In this document: positions 38,080 through 45,649 of the stretch, piece after piece
Layout of the letters: each line of letters begins with the position of its first letter
How positions within the stretch are numbered: position 1 is the first letter of the stretch
NCBI GenBank assembly: GCA_048939015.1
Contig: JBHLPW010000044.1
Coordinates: forward strand, 1-45,649
Source of the DNA: Promethearchaeota archaeon
GTDB lineage: Archaea; Asgardarchaeota; Lokiarchaeia; Sigyniarchaeales; SOKP01
DNA: 45,649 bases
Direction of reading: 5' to 3'
Position numbers and translations under genes: made by a program
The notes under the pieces: model-generated
Seen by the model: the letters and a program-made list of their open reading frames with translations, nothing else
What the model was told of the DNA's origin: nothing
Database searches by the model: none

Positions 38080-40677
38080 TTATTGATTAGTAATTATTTC
38101 AGATATTAGTTTTGGAAAATCTCTCCACTGATTTAATGTCAAAAGAACTCCATTTGCCTCCTCTACCATTTTTCTTGCCATAACTGGTGAGAAACCAAAT
38201 TTAGGAACAACCATAACAAATCTTACGTCCTTTTCACTCATTTTTTTAAGCTCCCTTACACTATTATTAAAATCGAAGACATCCACATCAGTAAAAAGAA
38301 TATTCAATTTATGTTTTGATCTTGCCTTTTTTTCAAATTGAAGATTTGCCCATTGTAAAGCAGAATTAATACAAGTTCCTCCTCTCGCACTAATATCTAA
38401 TAATTCATCAACGACTTTTTCTAATTCTATTTCTTGATCTAAATCTTTTATTCGGTGCGTATTAGATTCAAAAAAAGTAAGAGCTAATTCTTCTGGTTTA
38501 AAAGCATAAACAAGCATAGTTGTACAAAGCGCCATTTGAGAAAGTTTTTGACCTGTCATACTTCCACTAATATCTAGTTCCATTACTAAACAACGGAGAC
38601 CCTGAGTGGTTTTAGACACTAAAAAATCGTCATTAGTAATTGTCTCCACCGTCTTTCCACCTTCTAAAAGATTACACACGGTTTCCTCTAAATCTATCAA
38701 TTCAAAATCATCCCCCGGTGTATAGGGAATGACAATATTTTCAACAATTGGTCCTGAATTAGCAGATCCTATGAGAGAGTTTGCTGATCTAATACCTAAA
38801 TCAATCATTATCTGTTTTATGATTTCTTTAAGTTTTCGTTTAACTTTCGAAGAGATATTGTGCCTTGAATAAAACCATTGCTCTAGCAGATCTAGACCAC
38901 TTCCAGCACCCAAAGAAGAAAGAGCCATATCAAGTGCCTGATCTCCCATTTGTTCAGCGGTATTTAATACATGAGACATATATTTTTCATTCAATGCACT
39001 TAATGCGTCTATATTAGTAGATTGAGGTGGATTATCTCCAATTGCAGTTCTTAGAACTTGATCAACTTGTTGAGGAGAAAGGTTCAATTGTTTTAGATAA
39101 TCTTTATAACCTTGATAAGTGGAGCTTTTTTCTTCGACCATTTGTTTAAAATATTTAAAATCTGCTTCGATCAAACTTAAAATCTCGGCATCACTCATAT
39201 TCAACTGTTTACCAGCCTTCTTAATTGAATCCAAATTAGGCAAGAAACCCATTTCATTAAAATTCTTAACACAATTTCGTAAATTTTCCTTACTAGTGGA
39301 TGTTTCTGTCGTTTTATTTACTACATCTTGAATTTTATTATTAAATTGAGATCTACATACAAAATCAGTACAATTATCTTTCTGAGCAATAAGCGTATCT
39401 GCATAATTCTTCAAATGGGCATTAAGTACATCTTTCTGATTAAAATCCTTTTCAATTGATTGAACTTCTTTATCAATTGTGTTAGATAAGATTTTTCTCC
39501 ATGAAGGTATTTTAGCAGGATTTTTAATTAAATGATTTCTAATATCACCTAACTTCCGTTTATTAGAGAAATCATCAAAATCATTATTAATCCTATCTAA
39601 AAATTCTTCACTTAAATTACCTCCAAAATATTGGTCATAGCTTTTAACACTCTGATAAGCGTCTTTGAATGGTAAATCTAAACTATTATCCATAATATTC
39701 GCTAAATTTTGCTTATTTAAGTTTAAATTTGACCCTATTACCTTCGTAGCATTAAATAAATCATTGAGATTTTTATTTCCTTGTCCTAAGCTTTGTTTTA
39801 AGGCATTTTTCATAATAGCTTGACTTTTATTATCCAATAGATTCCCTTTCATAGCAAACTCCGCTAAATTCAAAGCATCAAAGAAATTATTTTGACATAA
39901 CTTATTAAGGGAGTTTTTGAAATCAAAACTAATCTTATCTTTATTATTTAATTTCTGATTTTCTACAAATTGAGATAGTAATTTTTCCTTAGTGCTATTG
40001 GAATTTTTAATAATCTCATCTAAAATGTCTAATTTTTCAGCAAACCCAATGTCTTCAGGTTCCAGATGATCAATTTTATTTCTTAAAAGATCTTTAGCGT
40101 AATCTAATAAAGAATCTAAATCATTAAACTTATCAAAATTAGTAATAGCATTTCTATCGATTACATCTAAAGCCGTTTTGTATGGGTCTTCCTCCAGCTC
40201 ATTTCTAAATTTATCAAAAAAGTTATCAAATGTTGATTCCATCAGATTATCTAAATCTAGGTCTTCTATTTCATCAAAATGGTTTTTCAATAGTTCAAGA
40301 TCATCAAATATTTCATCTAAATCATCCAAATCGATTCCCAAATCATCGATGAGGTCTTTAGGTTTCATAGATGCTAGGATATCAGAACTACTAACCTCAG
40401 CTGAAGTTTTTCCTTCAGCTTTTTCTGAATAAGATAATAATTCCTTAGCAATTTGTCGAGCTAAGCTCTGATTTTCTAAAGGACTTGTTATCCCTGCGAT
40501 CTCTATGAAGTCTTCAGCTTCACATAGACCACGATTTAGGAATCTCGCTAATATTAATTTACATATTGCAATTGCCTGCCGTATTGATGGTTTATATAAA
40601 CATTTCTCATGCTTTCTTAATGCTTTGATAAGTTTAAGACTAAACCAAACGGGATCTTCTGGAAAAATTTGAGACAA
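38080..40677 (-). CDS. VWA (MIDAS) domain protein, MoxR partner
   Basis: C-terminal LDISGSM (DxSxS), RGGTCINSAL, ILFTD; pre-VWA 'IDLEETV' motif typical of MoxR/chelatase partners. Confidence 0.88.
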   Translation of the reverse strand: MSQIFPEDPVWFSLKLIKALRKHEKCLYKPSIRQAIAICKLILARFLNRGLCEAEDFIEIAGITSPLENQSLARQIAKELLSYSEKAEGKTSAEVSSSDILASMKPKDLIDDLGIDLDDLDEIFDDLELLKNHFDEIEDLDLDNLMESTFDNFFDKFRNELEEDPYKTALDVIDRNAITNFDKFNDLDSLLDYAKDLLRNKIDHLEPEDIGFAEKLDILDEIIKNSNSTKEKLLSQFVENQKLNNKDKISFDFKNSLNKLCQNNFFDALNLAEFAMKGNLLDNKSQAIMKNALKQSLGQGNKNLNDLFNATKVIGSNLNLNKQNLANIMDNSLDLPFKDAYQSVKSYDQYFGGNLSEEFLDRINNDFDDFSNKRKLGDIRNHLIKNPAKIPSWRKILSNTIDKEVQSIEKDFNQKDVLNAHLKNYADTLIAQKDNCTDFVCRSQFNNKIQDVVNKTTETSTSKENLRNCVKNFNEMGFLPNLDSIKKAGKQLNMSDAEILSLIEADFKYFKQMVEEKSSTYQGYKDYLKQLNLSPQQVDQVLRTAIGDNPPQSTNIDALSALNEKYMSHVLNTAEQMGDQALDMALSSLGAGSGLDLLEQWFYSRHNISSKVKRKLKEIIKQIMIDLGIRSANSLIGSANSGPIVENIVIPYTPGDDFELIDLEETVCNLLEGGKTVETITNDDFLVSKTTQGLRCLVMELDISGSMTGQKLSQMALCTTMLVYAFKPEELALTFFESNTHRIKDLDQEIELEKVVDELLDISARGGTCINSALQWANLQFEKKARSKHKLNILFTDVDVFDFNNSVRELKKMSEKDVRFVMVVPKFGFSPVMARKMVEEANGVLLTLNQWRDFPKLISEIITNQ

Positions 40678-40710
40678 TTAAATCACTTTAATAATATTTT
40701 TAAAAAATTA

Positions 40711-41826
40711 TTATGTTGACCCTACAACTTGAGAGATAATGCTTTTAATTACATCATTTACCTTAACTCCAGGTTTCGTTTGAATAGCACCGTATAATAC
40801 ACTACTTGCTATATCTTGAAGAATTTTATTAGGTTCTCTTTTGGATTTCTTTTGTTCTACCCCAGTAAGGCGTGCTAATGCAATTCCGCTCCGTAAACTT
40901 GCTGGAGTTTGAACTTGATGATGAGTTCGTGTCCTATTAATTATTAAATAAATCTTTTCGAGTGTGCTTTCATCAACTTTATAATAGGGATTATTATGTT
41001 CAATGATTTGCATTTCAGTTTTTTTATCTGGATAATCTAATTCGATCCATACATTAAATCGGTCTTTTAGTGCTTCTCCCAATCTATGAGTTCCTACTAA
41101 TTCTGAAGGATTCATTGCTCCAATAAAAAAGAATCCACGTGAGGCTTTTATTCTTCCAATATGAGGAATTGAAATTGTTTTTTCCTCAAGAGGCTCCAAT
41201 AATGAGTTTTGAGTATACTCGGTTGCTCTATTCACTTCATTCGCAAGAAAAAGTCCTCCATTTAACATCGCTTTAATTAAAGGCCCTGGATTAAATGCTT
41301 CAAATGAAAAGCCTTTTTGTATTGTTGTAGCGGGATTAAAAGAACCAACTAAATGAGCGGGTTTAGTTGACTCATCAAAAGTGATCCATTCAAAAGAACT
41401 ATTTCCAGTAATTTCTGCTCTTGATTGAGCATAATATCTACATAGAGTTGTTTTACCAATCCCTGGTGGTCCTACTAAAATAGGATACAGGTTTGATGCA
41501 TCTGCTTCATAAATCAAATCAAGAGCTTCTTGATATTGTCCAGACAACACAATATCCATCTTTTCTTCTTTATGTGAGAGTAAGTTCCTCTCAAACAATT
41601 CTTTCAGCGACATATCATTTTTAGATGCTTTAGTTTTAGTAGGTTGCTTTAAGTATGGTGAGTTTTTTAAAATTCCTAGATTATCCAACGGTTTTTTTGT
41701 TGTTTTTTTTTGAGGAGGTTCCTTAATTGTAGTTTTAGTTTTAGTGGCAACAGCAGCTTTCTGAGTTGGTTTTTTGGAAGCAGATTCTGATGTTGTTGTC
41801 TTATTAATTGATGGTTTTTTCGCCAT
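40711..41826 (-). CDS. MoxR-family AAA+ ATPase (AAA_5 type)
   Basis: GPPGIGKT, HLVG, PGPLIKAM, FLANEVNR, NSLLEPLEE, GAMNP, ALKDRF, YP...E; N-terminal K/T/P-rich low-complexity tail. Confidence 0.92.
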   Translation of the reverse strand: MAKKPSINKTTTSESASKKPTQKAAVATKTKTTIKEPPQKKTTKKPLDNLGILKNSPYLKQPTKTKASKNDMSLKELFERNLLSHKEEKMDIVLSGQYQEALDLIYEADASNLYPILVGPPGIGKTTLCRYYAQSRAEITGNSSFEWITFDESTKPAHLVGSFNPATTIQKGFSFEAFNPGPLIKAMLNGGLFLANEVNRATEYTQNSLLEPLEEKTISIPHIGRIKASRGFFFIGAMNPSELVGTHRLGEALKDRFNVWIELDYPDKKTEMQIIEHNNPYYKVDESTLEKIYLIINRTRTHHQVQTPASLRSGIALARLTGVEQKKSKREPNKILQDIASSVLYGAIQTKPGVKVNDVIKSIISQVVGST

Positions 41827-41937
41827 TTTTTAAACCTTTAAAAAATGTTTTTTGAATTTTTGTGCTTCTTAAAATATTTCTAAAAAACTATATAAAAACT
41901 ACCTCATAATCAAATTAGTAAAAAAAAGTTAGAAAAA

Positions 41938-42981
41938 TCAAACGGTGCAAATTGGAAATCCACAATATTTACAATTTCCATTAGAATCTACATATAATTC
42001 TTTAACACCTAAAATTTTCCTCTTTATAACTAAATTAGAGCATTTAGGACAAATAGTATTGTCATCATCTGTACTAGGTAAATTTCCAAGATATACATAT
42101 TTCAGTCCAGCATCTTTTGCTATATTATAAGTATTATAAAGAGAATCTAAAGGAGTTGGCTCATATAATCCATATTCAACCGATTTATAATGAGGAAAGA
42201 AACGACTAATATGATATGGCGTAAATTCACCTAATTCCTTTGAAATCCTCTCTGCTATATTTCTAATTATTTCATCCTTAGAATTAAAATCTTGTATTAA
42301 GAGGGTTGTAATTTCAATATGGACACCTAAGTCTTTTGCTAACTTAACATTTCTCCATACTTTTTCTACATCAGTACCACAATATTTCTGAACCATATCA
42401 GAATCTCCCTTTATATCTACATTCATTGCATCAAGACCGGCATCTACTAAATCTCTTAAAACATCCTCTGTCATATAACCATTAGTAACATATGTATTAT
42501 ATAATCCATTTCTCTTCGCTAATTTAAATACTTCTAACGAATATTCAAACAATAACGTAGGTTCATTAAAAGATATTGAGGTTCCTTCGCATTTCCTTTT
42601 TAAAGCAATCTCAATCAGTTTCTCAGGGGAAATAAACTCATCAGATGTCACAAATTGACTTGCTTTTAAGGGGTTAGTTTTTGATAAGTGATGATTTTGG
42701 CACCAGAAACAAGAGAAATTGCATCCGAAAGTACCCACAGTTAACGCTATACTTCCTGGATAAAAATGATAAAGAGGTTTTTTCTCTATTGGGTTGAAAG
42801 ATAAAGCAGGGATTAATCCGTATACTATTGTGAAAATATCTCCATCTTTGTTAATATGAGTATTACAAAATCCAGGTTTCCCCTTTTTAATTTTACATCG
42901 TCTTTCACATGTTAAACATTGGGAACAATTTTCGTCAATTTTTCTCTGGTATTTAGCTTTCTTTAAGAATTTTGAATTCAT
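41938..42981 (-). CDS. amrS: AmmeMemoRadiSam system radical SAM enzyme
   Basis: CLTCERRC, PIEKKPLYHFYPG, GCNFSCFWCQN, SFNEP, EITTL, HISRFFPHY, YVYLGN, C-terminal CPKC/CKYC. Confidence 0.92.
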   Translation of the reverse strand: MNSKFLKKAKYQRKIDENCSQCLTCERRCKIKKGKPGFCNTHINKDGDIFTIVYGLIPALSFNPIEKKPLYHFYPGSIALTVGTFGCNFSCFWCQNHHLSKTNPLKASQFVTSDEFISPEKLIEIALKRKCEGTSISFNEPTLLFEYSLEVFKLAKRNGLYNTYVTNGYMTEDVLRDLVDAGLDAMNVDIKGDSDMVQKYCGTDVEKVWRNVKLAKDLGVHIEITTLLIQDFNSKDEIIRNIAERISKELGEFTPYHISRFFPHYKSVEYGLYEPTPLDSLYNTYNIAKDAGLKYVYLGNLPSTDDDNTICPKCSNLVIKRKILGVKELYVDSNGNCKYCGFPICTV

Positions 42982-42993
42982 TTAATTTCAAGA

Positions 42994-43566
42994 TTAAATC
43001 TTCGCAATATCTTTTAACACTTTGCCATTTTGTATGATTCCATAATCACAAAATGAATTTGACAACCATCTCTCAAATACGAAATCTAAGCATCTAAGGA
43101 TCTTTGCAAAATATAAGTTTATCACTACTCCATGGGACACTATCAAGATTTTCTTTTTAGTATATTTTTTCTCAATATCTCTAACCTTCTTTGAGAATCT
43201 TCTAAGTGCATGATTTGCTGTTTCCCATTTATTAAATGACTTATTCCTTTTTTCCATACAGAGTTTTATGTTCCTATTATATTCCTCTTTTGTAGCAAAA
43301 AGGCTACCTCTATCTCGGACAATCTCATTTAATTTCTTTTCTCTAATTATTGGCTTATTAAGTCTTACTACTAAAGGTAATGCTGTTTCAAATGCTTTTT
43401 CTTCATTAGAAGTAATTATAAGTTCTGTGTTATCAAATATTGCTGATTTTAATAGTAATTTAGCCTCTTCCTTTCCTTTTTTAGTTAAAATCCATTTAGA
43501 TACGATTACTTCATTATTAATTTTAGTTTCTGCGTGTCTTAAAAAAATTAGAATATTATTAGGCAT
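42994..43566 (-). CDS. Histidine phosphatase (phosphoglycerate mutase-like) family protein
   Basis: FLRHAET, KAFETA, LNE, LIVSHG. Confidence 0.85.
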   Translation of the reverse strand: MPNNILIFLRHAETKINNEVIVSKWILTKKGKEEAKLLLKSAIFDNTELIITSNEEKAFETALPLVVRLNKPIIREKKLNEIVRDRGSLFATKEEYNRNIKLCMEKRNKSFNKWETANHALRRFSKKVRDIEKKYTKKKILIVSHGVVINLYFAKILRCLDFVFERWLSNSFCDYGIIQNGKVLKDIAKI

Positions 43567-43578
43567 AAAACCCTTAAC

Positions 43579-44949
43579 TTATCTTGTTTTTAGTACCTTC
43601 ATTAATATTAGGAAAAACTTTGAAAAAATGTATCTTATTATCGACAGGTTAAACGTAAACCTTATTAATTTTAATATTCGATATTTCTTTGGTTTGAATG
43701 TGCTCAATTCTTTATCATAGGTGATGTCTGATATGAAGAAATTTTTCTTAAGCAATGATAGAAATAAGGAATATGTCATTATTGCTATTATATCCCATGC
43801 CCTTTTCTTATGATCTTTTGGATAATTTAATTTTTCACCCATTGCTAATCTTACGATTTCAATAATATGATAAATATCTATTTTACTTCTTTTCAGTTCT
43901 TTAGTAGCCCATAATAAGTAGATACACCCTCCACAGTAAGATATTAATGCTTTTGCACCTGTCTCTTCTGCTTCTTTAAATTTTTTGAACCCTTCTGACA
44001 TTATATCAAAAATAATTGATATATTTTTAACCCATGATGCTCCTGCGCCAAATCCACAACATAATGAATCTTTTCTGTTATGCTTCATTTCAATAATTTG
44101 GCATCCACATTTTTCTAATATTTCTCGAGGTTTCTCCCAATAAACACCGCCGGAAACTTTAGAATAGCAATTATCATGAATAGTTGTTGTAATATTTAAT
44201 TTATTTTTAAGTTGAATTTTACCAGAATTTATATTATCTAATAACCAATGATTAAAATTAACAAACTCTTGGTCGTGCTCTACATTCATCTCTTTTGGAT
44301 GAACTTCGTTAAATATATATTCAACAGCATCTAAACAAGCTACAATTCTTTCAACACCCCACTTATCTAAATCCGCCTTTGTTCTCTGAGCTATCCTTTG
44401 TACAACATCTAAATATCCACCTTGATATAGATATGCTCCTCCTTCCCACTGATCAATTCTAGATACTGGTTTAAAATAATCTAATAATTTACTTCCCCCA
44501 AGTATAAAGGGAAACAAATGAGTATAATTACCAATCAGTAATATCGTATCATTTGGTTTAGGGATATAAGAAATCCATTTATAAATCCATCTTCTTTCCA
44601 GGTTTGACAAAAAAATATTAAGTAATTGCCAGATATTATTCTGTTCAGTAGGGCAGACAAAGCGATATAAAGGTGGAGCTGCTCTTTCTTTATATAGATC
44701 ATTCCACCTCTCAAGAATCAGATTATAGGGATTTGCATTTTGAGGACAGTATAAATTGCATGTGAAACATGTATTGCATTTTACCAAAGCATATTTGGAT
44801 TCCTTTTTCTCAATTAAATTCTTAATTTCCTCTTTTGCTTCTTCAATTGGAAGTTGAAGCACAGGACATTGATGAAGACACTCTCCGCATAAATTACATA
44901 AGTCTTCTCTGAAACCAGATATTCTTTTTAGCTTGTTCATGACTACCAT
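43579..44949 (-). CDS. (Fe-S)-binding protein, HdrD/GlpC-like (2x[4Fe-4S] + CCG domains)
   Basis: CNLCGECLHQCP, CNTCFTCNLYCP, HDNCY, CCGFGAG, CGGC. Start is probably ATG at 44940. Confidence 0.88.
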   Translation of the reverse strand: MVVMNKLKRISGFREDLCNLCGECLHQCPVLQLPIEEAKEEIKNLIEKKESKYALVKCNTCFTCNLYCPQNANPYNLILERWNDLYKERAAPPLYRFVCPTEQNNIWQLLNIFLSNLERRWIYKWISYIPKPNDTILLIGNYTHLFPFILGGSKLLDYFKPVSRIDQWEGGAYLYQGGYLDVVQRIAQRTKADLDKWGVERIVACLDAVEYIFNEVHPKEMNVEHDQEFVNFNHWLLDNINSGKIQLKNKLNITTTIHDNCYSKVSGGVYWEKPREILEKCGCQIIEMKHNRKDSLCCGFGAGASWVKNISIIFDIMSEGFKKFKEAEETGAKALISYCGGCIYLLWATKELKRSKIDIYHIIEIVRLAMGEKLNYPKDHKKRAWDIIAIMTYSLFLSLLKKNFFISDITYDKELSTFKPKKYRILKLIRFTFNLSIIRYIFSKFFLILMKVLKTR

Positions 44950-45649
44950 GCCTTTTTATAATCAGGTGGATTCTCAGGAATATTTTCAATTTTAAACCTT
45001 TTCTTTGAATAGAGCTTAGGAAGTTGATTTTTGACGGCACCCCAGAAAAACTGGTTTCCTCTGTCTTTTTTAGCTTTTTCTGTTAATGTTGGTTCATCTC
45101 CAATTGCCATTTGGATTAGTTCAATAATATGATATACTTTGAGTTTTCTAAAATATAATTTTTTATTGCCTCCGAATGTTGCTAAACATCCAGCACAATA
45201 TACACATACAGCATCTGCTTTAGTCTTTTTAAAGGCTCTAAAATTACGTATTGATGAAGATCTTATTTTAAATGAATGATATGATGAATCAACTGAAAAT
45301 CCAGCTCCAATACCACAACAGCGAATACTCTCTCGAGAAGAGTCAGTTTCAATAATTTTTGCCCCAGCTAATTCTAAAATTGTACGAGGTAAATCCATAT
45401 ATTCATCCCCAAACATTTTAGCATAACAAGAATCTTGGATAGATATAGTCATATCTAATTTTTTTTTAAATTGAATTTCTCCTTTTTGAATTTTTTCCCA
45501 TAAATATTGTATATACGGTTTAATCTCTTCAAACTTGTATGTGAGGCCATAGCGAGGCAGGACATTTTTGAACACATTAGTCCCTGCTGTACATAATATA
45601 AGTAATTTTTTTGGTTTTAAAATATTAAACCATTTATCTAATCTTTTAG
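44943..45649 (-). CDS. (Fe-S)-binding CCG-domain protein, partial (5' end beyond right edge)
   Basis: QDSCY, CCGIGAG, CAGC. The frame stays open upstream of 45575 to the window edge (KRLDKWFNILKPKKLLILCTAGTNVF), so the track start is not the real start. Paralog of the downstream gene. Confidence 0.85.
   Translation of the reverse strand, partial: KRLDKWFNILKPKKLLILCTAGTNVFKNVLPRYGLTYKFEEIKPYIQYLWEKIQKGEIQFKKKLDMTISIQDSCYAKMFGDEYMDLPRTILELAGAKIIETDSSRESIRCCGIGAGFSVDSSYHSFKIRSSSIRNFRAFKKTKADAVCVYCAGCLATFGGNKKLYFRKLKVYHIIELIQMAIGDEPTLTEKAKKDRGNQFFWGAVKNQLPKLYSKKRFKIENIPENPPDYKKAW

Noticed and set aside
41929-41940. TGA stops (amrS, hydrolase at 31373, glycoprotein at 3696) as possible selenocysteine codons, since Lokiarchaeia are known to use Sec
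   Set aside because: Each falls at the natural C-terminus of its family; amrS hits TAA two codons later, and I recognised no SECIS-like element.
5837-43720. Many short ORFs in the track overlapping long genes (e.g. 7844..8110, 9419..9838, 19563..19940, 21879..22313, 27185..27472, 28557..28856, 43268..43720)
   Set aside because: They are antisense or alternate-frame shadows of well-supported genes, with no motifs and composition typical of reverse-strand translation.

Overview
This is a very AT-rich, gene-dense archaeal window. Gene content and protein style (expanded alpha/beta hydrolases, SCP2, acyl-CoA ligase, MttB, CCG Fe-S proteins, N-glycosylation-sequon-rich surface proteins) suggest Asgard archaea of the Lokiarchaeia/Promethearchaeota type; this is inference, as no marker gene is present. 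From left to right: (1) a minus-strand, apparently co-transcribed cell-surface cluster of a type VII (LolD/MacB/FtsX-like) ABC ATPase, a double-FtsX permease, a ~1310-aa membrane-anchored DUF11/BatD/TRAP-beta-like glycoprotein and a >1230-aa S8 subtilase. The subtilase is absent from the ORF track and runs off the left edge. (2) RNase III with a dsRBD, a divergent hypothetical gene, a tandem GNAT, SCP2 and a truncated TFS/RpoM-like zinc ribbon. (3) A ~21 kb region enriched for lipid and headgroup catabolism: four tandem GDPDs, an ADP-forming acyl-CoA synthetase alpha subunit, a non-pyrrolysine MttB, a GPH/MelB-type MFS, a PIG-L deacetylase, a long-chain acyl-CoA ligase and five alpha/beta hydrolases, plus a repeat surface protein. 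(4) A MoxR AAA+ / VWA / SWIM triad with unusual features. (5) An AmmeMemoRadiSam radical SAM enzyme, a histidine phosphatase and two CCG Fe-S proteins, the last running off the right edge. I saw no rRNA, tRNA, CRISPR array or mobile element. The best candidates for undescribed systems are the MoxR-VWA-SWIM triad (the VWA protein starts with a copy of the AAA+ lid), the putative phospholipid-scavenging neighbourhood, and the type VII ABC / surface protein / protease operon.
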